Sequence record: SRR20825006_870
DNA length: 64,000 nucleotides
Strand: one strand, 5' to 3'
Under the pieces are notes generated by a model that did no database searches, was not told the origin of the DNA, and saw only the letters and a program-made list of their open reading frames with translations. Positions 8,623 through 18,560 of the stretch are shown piece after piece (position 1 is the stretch's first letter; each line of letters starts with the position of its first letter). A program made the position numbers and the translations under genes.

Positions 8623-9717
8623 TTATTCCTGCTCAGGGAATAGGCTTTTTAGTCCTTCATTAGATGCGGCACATACACCGCGCTCTGTGATCAAACCAGT
8701 GATCAACCGTGCAGGTGTCACATCAAAGGCGGGGTTGCCGCCCGGTGTTGCATCCGGTGAAATTTGCACCCAATCGCGCTCGCCATTTTCCAGCTTGCCA
8801 TAAACATGGGTCACTTCGCGGCCATCGCGTTCTTCAATCGGAATTTCCTTCACGCCGTCATTCACCGTCCAATCGATGGTGGGTGAGGGCAGGGCCACAT
8901 AGAACGGCACATTATTGTCTTTGGCGGCCAGCGCCTTCAAATAGGTGCCGATCTTGTTGCACACATCGCCTTGCGCGGTGGTGCGGTCTGTCCCCACAAT
9001 CACCATGTCCACTTGCCCGTGCTGCATCAAATGGCCGCCCGCATTATCGACGATCAAAGTGTGCGGCACCCCATGGCTTGCCATTTCCCAGCTGGTCAAT
9101 TGTGCGCCTTGGTTGCGGGGGCGGGTTTCATCCACCCACACATGCACTTTAAGGCCTTTTTCAACCGCGTGATAAATGGGCGAGGTGGCGGTGCCCCAGT
9201 CCACAGTGGCGAGCCACCCCGCATTGCAATGAGTTAAAATATTGATCGTTTCACCAGGGGCTTTCTTCGCCGCAATCTCTTCAATGAACTTGAGGCCGTT
9301 TTGGCCGATGGCGCGATTGATCTCTACATCTTCATCGCAAATTTCAGCCGCCAATTTATAGGCCGCAGCCGCCCGTTCCGCTGGCGCAATAGCGCTGAGG
9401 TGGGCTTTGGCGCGGTCCAACGCCCAGCGCAAATTGATAGCGGTGGGGCGGGTTTCGTTCAAAATTTCCCATGAAGCATCGAGATTTTGGTCAGATGGAT
9501 CATTGGCCATAGCCAACGCCATGCCATAGGCGGCGGTGGCGCCGATCAATGGTGCGCCACGCACCCACATATCCTTAATGGCCACAGCCGCATCTTCACG
9601 TGATTTCAGCTCCACCACTTTCAGCTCGTGCGGCAACAAGCGCTGCTCGATGATTTTGACGGTCTGTTGATCATCCCCCAACCAAATGGAGCGATAATGA
9701 GTGCCATCTATTTTCAT
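8623..9717 (-). CDS. mtnA: S-methyl-5-thioribose-1-phosphate isomerase
   Basis: [52 protein letters not shown]. Confidence 0.96.
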   Translation of the reverse strand: MKIDGTHYRSIWLGDDQQTVKIIEQRLLPHELKVVELKSREDAAVAIKDMWVRGAPLIGATAAYGMALAMANDPSDQNLDASWEILNETRPTAINLRWALDRAKAHLSAIAPAERAAAAYKLAAEICDEDVEINRAIGQNGLKFIEEIAAKKAPGETINILTHCNAGWLATVDWGTATSPIYHAVEKGLKVHVWVDETRPRNQGAQLTSWEMASHGVPHTLIVDNAGGHLMQHGQVDMVIVGTDRTTAQGDVCNKIGTYLKALAAKDNNVPFYVALPSPTIDWTVNDGVKEIPIEERDGREVTHVYGKLENGERDWVQISPDATPGGNPAFDVTPARLITGLITERGVCAASNEGLKSLFPEQE

Positions 9718-10982
9718 AGTAAATTGTCCTTTCTGACCGCGCGCGCAAGCTCGGCGATTTGATGTGGGGATTTATAAGCGTCACGTGAGATCACGATTTG
9801 ACGGCCAAACTGCAGGGCCCGTGCCTCGCAAGCGGCGCGCAAATCTACGTCCTCAATGCTGTCGAGCTCCATAATGTGGGCAAGGCCCAAAATGCGGCGG
9901 TGCATTTCAATGCCGCCAAAGCCTAGCGCATCTGACCAGATTTGGTTCAAGCGATCTGTAAGCGCTTGTTCAGAGGCAAGATTGTGGCCCTGATCTTCAT
10001 AAAGCCGTTTGTCATAAAGAATGCCAGTGCGCTCCGTGCGCCACAAATGGCTGAACTCTTCTTCAAAATGATGCCAGATGTCGCACGTGACATCCAAAAT
10101 CCATTGCGCATAATCATCACGCGCGCCTATAGACGCTTCATGACCATCCTGCGCGAAGAACGCCATGTAGAAATTGCCCAGCAACATGCCAATGTCGAAG
10201 CCGATGGGGCCATAGGTGGCAAATTCAGGGTCGATCACCACGGTGTCACTTTCGGTGACCATAATTGAGCCCGTATGCAAATCGCCATGCAACAGCGTTT
10301 CAGCATTGTTGCAGAATTTGGCTTTGAAATGCTGTGCGGCAACTTTCATGTCAATGTCAGCGCGCAAAGTGGCCACAACACCATCCAATTGCGGGCTGGT
10401 GTGGCGGTTCATCTCCGCATCGAAATATGGATCGGTGAACACAAGATTTTCGGTGATGTCACACAGTTCAATATTGTCAGCAAAAAGCGCCAAGTCTTTT
10501 TTGCGCTCTTTCGTGTCCATAGACAGATCAGAGGCGCGGAACAGGGTACGGGCACAAAATTTGCCCATCACCTCGGCCAGGTTGTCGTGCTTGATCCCGT
10601 CGCGCAAGCTGTTGCGCAAGATCACATGCGGGGTCATGAATTGCATCACGATCAGCGCTTGCGATTCGTCGAAATGATAAACCTCAGGCACATCTTCCGG
10701 CGCATATTTAGCTTGGCGAATAAGCGCGTGATATTCAAAGAAAGCCCGCTTTAGGGGCAACGGCCAGCTATCGCCCACCAGCCGCACATAGGGCAAGGCC
10801 TGCTTCACAATCGCCTGGCCATTTGGGCCGGTGACAATAAAGACAAGGTTGAGGTTGCCGTCGCCAACTTCTTGCGCCGACCAGCGCGTGGCGTCAGGCC
10901 CAACTTTTTCTTTCAAGATCTCCAAATGGCCAAGTTTTTCGCCAATTGTGTCTACATTTAATGGTTCATATGGATTGCTCAC
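9714..10982 (-). CDS. mtnK: S-methyl-5-thioribose kinase
   Basis: [43 protein letters not shown]; overlaps the mtnA start by 4 nt. Confidence 0.96.
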   Translation of the reverse strand: MSNPYEPLNVDTIGEKLGHLEILKEKVGPDATRWSAQEVGDGNLNLVFIVTGPNGQAIVKQALPYVRLVGDSWPLPLKRAFFEYHALIRQAKYAPEDVPEVYHFDESQALIVMQFMTPHVILRNSLRDGIKHDNLAEVMGKFCARTLFRASDLSMDTKERKKDLALFADNIELCDITENLVFTDPYFDAEMNRHTSPQLDGVVATLRADIDMKVAAQHFKAKFCNNAETLLHGDLHTGSIMVTESDTVVIDPEFATYGPIGFDIGMLLGNFYMAFFAQDGHEASIGARDDYAQWILDVTCDIWHHFEEEFSHLWRTERTGILYDKRLYEDQGHNLASEQALTDRLNQIWSDALGFGGIEMHRRILGLAHIMELDSIEDVDLRAACEARALQFGRQIVISRDAYKSPHQIAELARAVRKDNLL

Positions 10983-11088
10983 AATATCCTCCCAATGCGC
11001 TGGTCACGCTAACAAATTCAGGGGTTAGGGTGACATGCCGAGCGCAAAACGCCAAACACATATTGCCCCATGATTTGCAATTTAAATG

Positions 11089-11116
11089 TCAAATGTCAAT
11101 ATCGTTTGACATTTGA
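11089..11116. promoter_or_regulatory. Putative operator between mtnK and the ABC operon
   Basis: Perfect inverted repeat TCAAATGTCAA-N6-TTGACATTTGA. Confidence 0.72.
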
Positions 11117-11154
11117 TGCGAAATGGATTTATCGTGCCGCTATCGGAGGAGTTT

Positions 11155-12690
11155 ATGGCTGGAATACCCATCAAAATTCGCGGGCTTGAAAAGCGTTTTG
11201 CGGCCAATCGTGTGCTGCGGGGCGTGGATTTAGATATCCCTGCGGGCAAAGTAACAGTATTGATGGGCGCCAATGGGGCGGGAAAATCCACCTTGGTCAA
11301 AATCATCTGCGGGCTTTATGCCGCCGATGCGGGCCAAGTTGAATTAAATGGAAAGCCCTTCGCACCAACCACACCCTCAGAAGCGCTGCAAGCGGGCATT
11401 GTGACCGTCCACCAAAATATCAATGATGGTGTGGTGCCGGATTTGGATGTGGCGTCCAACCTGATGCTGGATTGGCTGGCTAACCCGAAAAGCGCACCCG
11501 TGCTCAACCCGCGCAAAATCCGCCGCTCTGCGGAAGAAATTGCGGCAAAGCTGGGCCTCAATTTCGATATGAATATGATGGTGAGTGACCTCACCTTGGC
11601 GGATCGGCAATTGGTGGCCATTGCCCGCGCCATGGCCCATGAGCCAAAACTAATGATTCTGGATGAGCCGACCAGCTCGCTCTCCGCTTCTGAAGCCGAG
11701 CGGCTTTTTGAGCTGGTGGAGAAGCTGCGTGAAGGCGGCGTTGCCATTCTTTATATTTCTCACCGCATGTCCGACATTCGCCGTGTGGCGGACCGCATTG
11801 TTTCTATGCGCGATGGCACAATTGTGGGCCAATATGAAACTGAGCCACTAGATTATGAGGGCGCGGTAAACGACATGCTCGGCCACACCATGACTGATGT
11901 AAACATCAAGGTGCAAGCGCCAGGCGACAAGGTTTTGGAGCTTCAGGATTTGCAGCTTAAGCCTGAGAGCAAGCCAATCAATCTCACCGCGCACCGCAAT
12001 GAGGTGATTGCCATCACCGGTTTGGTGGGCGTGGGTAAAACTCAGTTGACCGAAGTGCTTTTCGGCCAAGCAGCGGCAGCAGGCGGCACAGTGCGCCTAA
12101 AAGGCAACAGCTATGCGCCTAAATCCGCGCGTGATGCGATCAATCAAGGCGTGTTCTTGTGTGCGAAAGACCGCGGCACAAATGGTGTGGTGCAGGATTT
12201 TGATATCAACCGCAACATCACATTGCCCTTCCTTTCTAGTCTTTCGACCCTGGGCTTTGTGCGCCGCCGTTCTGAATATCGCATCACCAATGAGGCCATC
12301 AATAAGCTGGGCATTGTGTGCCAAAGCGCCAATGACGAGATTGGCACACTTTCTGGCGGCAATCAGCAAAAGGTGATGGTGGGCCGTTGGCTCTCACACC
12401 CCAGTGATGTGCTGATTTTGGACGAACCGTTCCAAGGGGTGGATATCGCCGCCCGGCGCGACATTGGCACAAAACTGCGTGAGACCGCAAAGGATCGGGC
12501 GACCATTGTTTTGGTGGCTGAACTGGACGAAGCCCTAGAGATTGCAGACCGCATTTTGGTGATGGCTGAATTCACCATTGTGGGCGAGCACAAAAATGAA
12601 AATGTCGATGTGGACCTGATCTTGGAGCAAGTTTCAGGCGCGGCGGCACCTCAAGATCTACAAGAACAAAAAGAAGGGGCTGCTCGATGA
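11155..12690 (+). CDS. Sugar ABC transporter ATP-binding protein (RbsA-like, two NBDs)
   Basis: GANGAGKS, LDEPT, YISH, LSGGNQQK; GGAGGAG RBS before ATG 11155. Confidence 0.92.
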   Translation: MAGIPIKIRGLEKRFAANRVLRGVDLDIPAGKVTVLMGANGAGKSTLVKIICGLYAADAGQVELNGKPFAPTTPSEALQAGIVTVHQNINDGVVPDLDVASNLMLDWLANPKSAPVLNPRKIRRSAEEIAAKLGLNFDMNMMVSDLTLADRQLVAIARAMAHEPKLMILDEPTSSLSASEAERLFELVEKLREGGVAILYISHRMSDIRRVADRIVSMRDGTIVGQYETEPLDYEGAVNDMLGHTMTDVNIKVQAPGDKVLELQDLQLKPESKPINLTAHRNEVIAITGLVGVGKTQLTEVLFGQAAAAGGTVRLKGNSYAPKSARDAINQGVFLCAKDRGTNGVVQDFDINRNITLPFLSSLSTLGFVRRRSEYRITNEAINKLGIVCQSANDEIGTLSGGNQQKVMVGRWLSHPSDVLILDEPFQGVDIAARRDIGTKLRETAKDRATIVLVAELDEALEIADRILVMAEFTIVGEHKNENVDVDLILEQVSGAAAPQDLQEQKEGAAR

Positions 12691-13706
12691 GCGAAACCCG
12701 TGTGAACAAAAAATCCATGTCATTGACAGATTATGCCATCCGTTATGGCTTTGTGGCCTTGCTGGTTGGCCTTGTGGTCTATTTCAGCGTGGCGGCAGAA
12801 GGTTTTGCCAGCCCCTATAGCGCGGTGTTCATTTTCCAATCTGTGGCCATCACTGGTATTTTGGCTTTGGGCGTTACTGCAACATTGGTTGTGGACGGGT
12901 TTGACCTTTCCATCGGGGCGGTGGCCACATCAGCATTGATGCTTTCTGCCTATGTGATGGTGGTGATGGAACAAAGCGCACTGGTGGCTGTGGTTGCCTG
13001 TTTGCTGATGGGCGCCCTCGTGGGCCTGATCAATGGGTTTTTGATTGTGCAAATGCGGGTGCCAGATCTTTTGGCCACATTGGGCATGATGTTCTTGCTG
13101 ATCGGCCTGCAGCGCATTCCGACCGAGGGCCGCTCTATCGCCACAGGCATGAGCTTGCCTGATGGTTCAACGGCGGCCGGCAGCTTTTCGCCAGAATTTT
13201 TGGCGCTCGGTCGTCACCGGTTTGACTTCTTCATCGACAATTTGATCCCGGTTTCCGTGGTGTTCTTGATTGTCATCGCCATCGGCATCTGGCTGTTCCT
13301 GGAATATACCCGCTATGGCCGCGTCATGTATGCCATTGGCTCCAATGAACGCGCTGCAAGCTTAGCTGGCGTGCCCGTGAAGAAATACAAAATCATTGCC
13401 TATATGATTTCAGGCGTTTTGGCGTCAGTGGGCGGCATCTTGCTGGCCGCACGCTTGGGCCGTGGCGACATCGCCTCAGGCAACAATTTGCTGCTCGATT
13501 CTGTAGCGGCGGCGCTGATCGGCTTTGCCGTTCTGGGTGCTGCCAAACCAAACGCATTCGGCACGGCGGTAGGCGCTTTGTTTGTGGGCATTTTGCTCCA
13601 AGGCCTCACCATGATGAATGCCCCTTATTACACCCAGGACTTTGTGAAAGGCGGCGTGTTGGTTGTTGCGCTCATGTTCACATTTGCTCTTTCAAATAGA
13701 CGCTAG
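12687..13706 (+). CDS. Sugar ABC transporter permease (RbsC-like)
   Basis: Multiple TM helices, GFDLSIG, ATLG, GRVMYAIGSNERAASLAGV EAA-type loop. Confidence 0.92.
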   Translation: MSETRVNKKSMSLTDYAIRYGFVALLVGLVVYFSVAAEGFASPYSAVFIFQSVAITGILALGVTATLVVDGFDLSIGAVATSALMLSAYVMVVMEQSALVAVVACLLMGALVGLINGFLIVQMRVPDLLATLGMMFLLIGLQRIPTEGRSIATGMSLPDGSTAAGSFSPEFLALGRHRFDFFIDNLIPVSVVFLIVIAIGIWLFLEYTRYGRVMYAIGSNERAASLAGVPVKKYKIIAYMISGVLASVGGILLAARLGRGDIASGNNLLLDSVAAALIGFAVLGAAKPNAFGTAVGALFVGILLQGLTMMNAPYYTQDFVKGGVLVVALMFTFALSNRR

Positions 13707-13760
13707 GCCCGACCACCCTAGATCGTTCAACAAAGCGGTCGATTAAATCGGAGGAACCAA

Positions 13761-14807
13761 ATGAAACTAACAAGACGCATGTTTGCTAAACTGCTCGCAG
13801 GGGCGTCCCTTGCAGCATCTAGCTTCGTAGGCTTGGCCCATGCGGCCGATATGCCTGCGCCATTTGATAATGCTGGCGATGTGAAAATCGCGTTGGTGCG
13901 TTATTTGTCTACAGGTGACTTTTTCCAAGCCTATTTGTCTGGCGTGGAACGTCAATCTGCTGCTTTGGGCGTTGACTTACGTGTGTTGGACAGCCGTCAA
14001 GACGCCGCTTTGCAGGCAGACATGGTTGATCAAGCCATCGCCTTGGGCGTGGACGGCATCATCGTGCAGCACGGCCTGACAGAATCTATGCAAGAAGCAG
14101 TGCAGCGCGCTGTAGATGCGGGCATTAAAGTGGTGGCTTTTGACGTGAACGTTGAAAACCCAGCCGTGCCGCAGATTGAACAATCTGACCGCGACTTGGC
14201 CCGATTGGCCTTGGAGCAAGCGATTGCTAACAATGGGGAAAGCTGGAAAGCTGGCTATGTTTATGTACCAGGCATTGCACCGCTCGATCGCCGCAACGAA
14301 ACATGGGTAGAGTTTAAAGAGCGCTATCCTGGCATCGACGAAAAAGCCCAGTTCGGTACATTGGACAACCCAATTGCCAACTCAAACGCCAACCAAGCCC
14401 GTTCAGTTTTGTCTGCAAACCCAGACATTACTGTGATGTTTGCGCCATATGACGAATTCGCCAAAGGCGTGAAAATCGCCGTTGACGAAGCTGGTATGTC
14501 AGACCAAGTGAGCATTTATTCTGCTGACGTTTCAACATCTGACATCGCAGCAATGCGCGAGCCAAACAGCGCGTGGAAAGCCACTGCGGCAACCAACCCA
14601 GCTGTTGTAGGTGAAGTTTCTGTGCGTGCATTGGCCATGATGTTGGCTGGTGAAAACCCAGGCGCAAGCGTTGTGGTGCCACCAACCTTGATCACACAAA
14701 AAGATCTGTTGGAAAAAGACATCAAAAATATGGAAGAGCTGAGCGAGAAATTGCCACAGTTCGCCCATGCGCCAGTGGCTGTGCCTGAGTGGATGCCATT
14801 GCCATAA
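13761..14807 (+). CDS. Sugar ABC transporter substrate-binding protein; probable ligand methylthioribose or deoxyribose (from context)
   Basis: Tat-like signal MKLTRRMF..AHA; periplasmic binding protein type I pattern (AIALGVDGII, AGIKVVAFD). Confidence 0.85.
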   Translation: MKLTRRMFAKLLAGASLAASSFVGLAHAADMPAPFDNAGDVKIALVRYLSTGDFFQAYLSGVERQSAALGVDLRVLDSRQDAALQADMVDQAIALGVDGIIVQHGLTESMQEAVQRAVDAGIKVVAFDVNVENPAVPQIEQSDRDLARLALEQAIANNGESWKAGYVYVPGIAPLDRRNETWVEFKERYPGIDEKAQFGTLDNPIANSNANQARSVLSANPDITVMFAPYDEFAKGVKIAVDEAGMSDQVSIYSADVSTSDIAAMREPNSAWKATAATNPAVVGEVSVRALAMMLAGENPGASVVVPPTLITQKDLLEKDIKNMEELSEKLPQFAHAPVAVPEWMPLP

Positions 14808-14844
14808 TTTAAGGGTCTACCTTAAAAAGACGCAACCCTTTGAC

Positions 14845-14887
14845 TGGGGCGATCTGTCGGGCAGCACCCGTCGGTCGCCCCATTTTT
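14845..14887 (+). terminator. Stem-loop with U-tract after the binding-protein gene
   Basis: TGGGGCGATC..CGGG-CAGCA-CCCG..GGTCGCCCCA-TTTTT. Confidence 0.55.
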
Positions 14888-14901
14888 GTTTGGAGATCAA
14901 T

Positions 14902-15345
14902 ATGCTCAAAGGCATAGATGCAACACTGTCCGCCCACCTTGTTTATCTGATGATGCAAATGGGCCATGGCGATGAAATCGCCATTGTTGACGCCAACTTC
15001 CCGGCGCATTCAACCGCGCTTGAAACCGTTTCTGGCGAATTGGTTGACCTGCCTGCTATGGACGCACCAACCCTTATCGAAGCGATGATTTCGCATTTCC
15101 CGTTGGATGAATTTTACGACTTTGCCGCATGGCGCATGGAAATTGATGGCGCGCCAACCGAATTGGGCGAGGTGCACAACCAAGTGTTTACGCTGTTGGA
15201 AAAGGCCAAGCCAGAGGGCGCCAAATTAGGTTCGCTTGAGCGCCAAACCTTCTATCGGCAAGCCAAAAATTGCTTTGCGGTGGTGCGTGTTGGCGAGATG
15301 CGTCCGTTCGGGTGCTTTATCTTGCGCAAGGGTGTGATTTTTTAG
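14902..15345 (+). CDS. RbsD/FucU family sugar mutarotase / pyranase
   Basis: MLKGID..MGHGDEIAIVDANFP..ERQTFY..GE.RPFGCFILRKGV; GGAG RBS supports ATG 14902. Confidence 0.9.
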   Translation: MLKGIDATLSAHLVYLMMQMGHGDEIAIVDANFPAHSTALETVSGELVDLPAMDAPTLIEAMISHFPLDEFYDFAAWRMEIDGAPTELGEVHNQVFTLLEKAKPEGAKLGSLERQTFYRQAKNCFAVVRVGEMRPFGCFILRKGVIF

Positions 15346-15374
15346 CCATTTTGCAGCGCTTCGATCTTTATTTA

Positions 15375-15402
15375 TCAAATGTTATATGATACTGACATTA
15401 GT
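15375..15402. promoter_or_regulatory. Putative operator upstream of the transketolase-RLP operon
   Basis: TCAAATGTTA-N8-TGACATTAGT, same arms and spacing as the 11089 site. Confidence 0.62.
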
Positions 15403-15431
15403 AATAATTGATGTATTCACGCCAACTTTGA

Positions 15432-16373
15432 TTGGGGAATCTGGTGAAGAATAAAAAAACCACTGAAGAAGTCGCGTTGGGCATTCGCCGCCGCGTTTTT
15501 GAACATTCCATGCGCAACAATGGTGGCTATTTGAGCCAAGCTTGTTCCGCGGCTGAGCAATTGGCGTGGCTTTATAATGAAGCCCTGAATTTGGGCGAAC
15601 CCACCATGCCCATGATCCCGCCACCATTTGGCGGCGTGCCAGCCCCCGGCAATGATGATTATGTGACCGGCGCGGGCTATAACGGCCCGTTTGAACCGCA
15701 ATATGATCGTCTGTTCATCGCGCCAGCGCACTATGCTTTGGTGGCCTATGCTACACTGATCGAGGTGGGGCGCATGGCCGAAGAAGGGCTGGAAATGTTC
15801 AACAAGGACGGCTCGTCAGTTGAAATGATTGGCGCCGAACATTCCCCAGGCATGGAAGTGCACAATGGCACATTGGGCATTGGCCTTTCCACCGGCGCGG
15901 GCCTTGCCTATGGCCGCCGCTTGCGCGGCGACAGCGGCGAAGTTTGCGTGTTCATGTCAGACGGTGAAGTGCAAGAAGGCCAGACATGGGAAGCCATTCA
16001 AGCCTGTGCACACCACGGCATTGATAATGTGTGGGCTATTATGGATGTGAATGATCAACAATGTGACGGCGCCATGTCTTCCGTGATGGAAGTGCGCGAC
16101 ATCGCCACCAAAATGCGGGCCTTTGGCGCCACCGTGGTGGAAATTGACGCCCATGATTTGAATGCCATGCGCGAAGCCAAAGCTGAGCCCCATGAAGGCC
16201 AGCCATTGATCATTCTTGCCCATTCCTCGCCCACCAAAGGTATGGAATTCTTGCAGCGGCGCTTCCCGCGTTTGCACTATGTGCGCTTTAAGTCTGAAGA
16301 AGAACGCGATGAGATGAACCAATCTATCGCTAAAGAACTGGGCATTGATCCGGTTCAATTTGACACGCATTAA
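15432..16373 (+). CDS. Split transketolase-like enzyme, N-terminal ThDP-binding subunit (atypical)
   Basis: DRLFIAPAHY, GTLGIG, SDGEVQEGQTWEA..N ThDP motif, TKG; start uncertain (TTG 15432 or GTG 15444). Confidence 0.85.
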   Translation: MGNLVKNKKTTEEVALGIRRRVFEHSMRNNGGYLSQACSAAEQLAWLYNEALNLGEPTMPMIPPPFGGVPAPGNDDYVTGAGYNGPFEPQYDRLFIAPAHYALVAYATLIEVGRMAEEGLEMFNKDGSSVEMIGAEHSPGMEVHNGTLGIGLSTGAGLAYGRRLRGDSGEVCVFMSDGEVQEGQTWEAIQACAHHGIDNVWAIMDVNDQQCDGAMSSVMEVRDIATKMRAFGATVVEIDAHDLNAMREAKAEPHEGQPLIILAHSSPTKGMEFLQRRFPRLHYVRFKSEEERDEMNQSIAKELGIDPVQFDTH

Positions 16374-16387
16374 GGGAGTAAACTGAG

Positions 16388-17392
16388 ATGGTTGAAATGG
16401 TAACGCGCCCTTATGCGAGCGCTTTTGAAAAATACGCACTGGCCAATAAAGATGTGATCTGCATGTCTGCAGATTTGACATCATCTTGCGAAATTGATGG
16501 CTTCCGCGATCGGCACCCTGAACAATTTATGTCCATGGGCATGGCCGAGCAAAATATGATGAGCTTTGCTGGTGGCTTGGGCCTTGCAGGCTATCGCCCC
16601 TTCATTCACACCTTTGGTGTGTTCACCTATCGTCGGCCCTATGACCAATTGATGGCGTCTATCGCTTACCCGCGCCGCAAAGTGCGGATCATGGGCTTCT
16701 TGCCCGGCGTCACCACACCCGGCGGCATGACCCACCAAGCGATTGAAGATATTGCCATTATGCGGGCCATGCCCAACATGTCGATTTTGGAAACAGGCGA
16801 CGCGACGGAGGTTGAAAGCCTTTGCGAAGCGGCAGATTCAATTGATGGTCCGGTTTATTGCCGCGTATTACGTGGCTCGGTGCCGCGCTTGTTCGACACG
16901 CCAATCAAGGTTGGCGAAATGCGCGAACTTTCCGCCGGGGATGATGTGCTTGTGGTGACCGCAGGCATCACCACAGAAGAAGCCCTGCGCGCCAAAGCCG
17001 CGTTGGCTGGGGCAGGCGTTTCCATTCGTCATTTGCACCTTCACACACTGAAGCCGTTCGACTCCGAGCGTTTGCTTGACCATTTGCAATCGGTCAAACA
17101 TGGCGTGATCACCTTGGAAAACCATGTGATCAATGGTGGTATCGGCTCGCTGGTGGCTGAAACTATTGCGGAAGCGGGCATTGAGAAAAAGCTGGTGCGC
17201 CTTGGCCTGCAAGACACCTATGCCCATGGCGGTTCGCGCCCTTATTTGATGCGCTATTATGGCTTGGATGCATTGGCCTTGGTGCGTGGCATTGAAGGCC
17301 TGATGAACATCGAAACCAATATTGATGCGGACGATTTGGATGCGGTGCGTGTTGATGCCGTGCACTCAAGCGCGAAAGCGGAGGCGCTTTAA
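16388..17392 (+). CDS. Split transketolase-like enzyme, C-terminal subunit
   Basis: SADL, MGMAEQNM, GG.THQAIED, GPVY.R, LKPFD, TLENH..GGIGS. Confidence 0.88.
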   Translation: MVEMVTRPYASAFEKYALANKDVICMSADLTSSCEIDGFRDRHPEQFMSMGMAEQNMMSFAGGLGLAGYRPFIHTFGVFTYRRPYDQLMASIAYPRRKVRIMGFLPGVTTPGGMTHQAIEDIAIMRAMPNMSILETGDATEVESLCEAADSIDGPVYCRVLRGSVPRLFDTPIKVGEMRELSAGDDVLVVTAGITTEEALRAKAALAGAGVSIRHLHLHTLKPFDSERLLDHLQSVKHGVITLENHVINGGIGSLVAETIAEAGIEKKLVRLGLQDTYAHGGSRPYLMRYYGLDALALVRGIEGLMNIETNIDADDLDAVRVDAVHSSAKAEAL

Positions 17393-17395
17393 CCC

Positions 17396-18517
17396 ATGGA
17401 TCGGATGCGCGTTACCTACCAGATCAATGCCCAAAGCAATGATGAAGCCTTGGAGCGGGCGCACAATATCGCGTTGGAACAAACCGTTGAGATCCCGCGC
17501 GATGTGGTGCCGCAAGGTTTCATCGAAGATGAGATTTTGGGCAAGGTGGAAAGCTGCGGGCAAGCCAGCGATGGGCAGTTTGAAGCCGTGCTGTCTTATA
17601 GCCCGGAAAGTGTTGGCACAGAGCTGACCCAATTGTTCAATGTGGTGTTTGGCAACTCCTCTATCCAAAAAGGATTGCAAGTCACCAACATTGATTTGGG
17701 TGCCAGCCTTTCTAAGCAGTTCCCCGGCGCACGGTTCGGCATCAAAGGCGTGCGTGAACGTTCTGCGACGCCAAAGGGCGGCTTGATCTCGCCCGTATTG
17801 AAACCGCAAGGGTCAAGCGCGGACGGGCTGGCGGAAATCGCCTATCTCTGCGCGGTGGCTGGGGCCAACATCGTGAAAGAAGATCATGGCCTTGTGAACC
17901 AGCCTGCTGCACCGTTCCAAGAACGGGTGGAAAAGATTTCCAAAGCGGTGGAGCGCGCAAACAAAGAAACCGGCCAAAGCTGTCTCTATTTGCCAAATAT
18001 TGGTGGCCATTTTGCCCACCTGATCGAAGATGCACAGTTCGCCAAGCAAGCGGGTGCAGGCGGCATTTTGCTGATGCCGGGGCTTTTGGGCTTTGACATC
18101 GTCAATCACTTCGCCCGCGATGCAGCGTTTGATTTGCCAATCATGACCCACCCGAGCTTCCTGGGGCCATATGTCTTGTCAAAAGACACAGGTTTCACCC
18201 ACGCCATCATGTTCGGCCTGTTGCAGCGCTTGGCCGGGTCTGACATTTCGGTATTCCCAAATGTGGGTGGTCGCTTTGGCTTCTCGGTCGAGGAATGCAC
18301 TTCCATAGCAAATGCATGTCGCGCGGCAGACGGCATCGGCCAACCGATTTTCCCAAGCCCGGGTGGCGGCATGTCCAAAGACCGTGCGGGTGATATGCTC
18401 AACATGTATGGTGACGATGTGGTCTATCTTTTGGGCGGCAGCTTGCTGCGTTATGGCGATAAAATCGGCGAAGGCATAAAAGATATGCGCGCCGCACTCG
18501 AAGCCGCACGCAAATAA
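17396..18517 (+). CDS. rlp: RuBisCO-like protein (form IV, DeepYkr / R. rubrum-like motif set)
   Basis: IALEQT, FGNSS, FPGARFGI.G.R, LKPQG, VKEDHG, HP, GGRF, PGGGM, LLGG; several residues needed for carboxylation are replaced. Confidence 0.9.
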   Translation: MDRMRVTYQINAQSNDEALERAHNIALEQTVEIPRDVVPQGFIEDEILGKVESCGQASDGQFEAVLSYSPESVGTELTQLFNVVFGNSSIQKGLQVTNIDLGASLSKQFPGARFGIKGVRERSATPKGGLISPVLKPQGSSADGLAEIAYLCAVAGANIVKEDHGLVNQPAAPFQERVEKISKAVERANKETGQSCLYLPNIGGHFAHLIEDAQFAKQAGAGGILLMPGLLGFDIVNHFARDAAFDLPIMTHPSFLGPYVLSKDTGFTHAIMFGLLQRLAGSDISVFPNVGGRFGFSVEECTSIANACRAADGIGQPIFPSPGGGMSKDRAGDMLNMYGDDVVYLLGGSLLRYGDKIGEGIKDMRAALEAARK

Positions 18518-18535
18518 GCCCTTGAAAATAAACAG

Positions 18536-18560
18536 ATGCGCGCCGAACAGGCGCGCATTT
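18536..18560 (+). terminator. Stem-loop after rlp
   Basis: ATGCGCGCC-GAACA-GGCGCGCAT-TT. Confidence 0.55.

Noticed and set aside
17396-18517. True RuBisCO / Calvin cycle (RuBisCO-fold gene beside a transketolase)
   Set aside because: KDDE is KEDH, K177, R295 and K334 equivalents are replaced, and no small subunit or phosphoribulokinase is present
15432-18517. Apiose or other branched-sugar pathway, which also uses split transketolases and RLPs
   Set aside because: No matching isomerase, kinase or dehydrogenase genes; shared operator and adjacency tie the operon to mtnKA. Not fully excluded without a phylogeny
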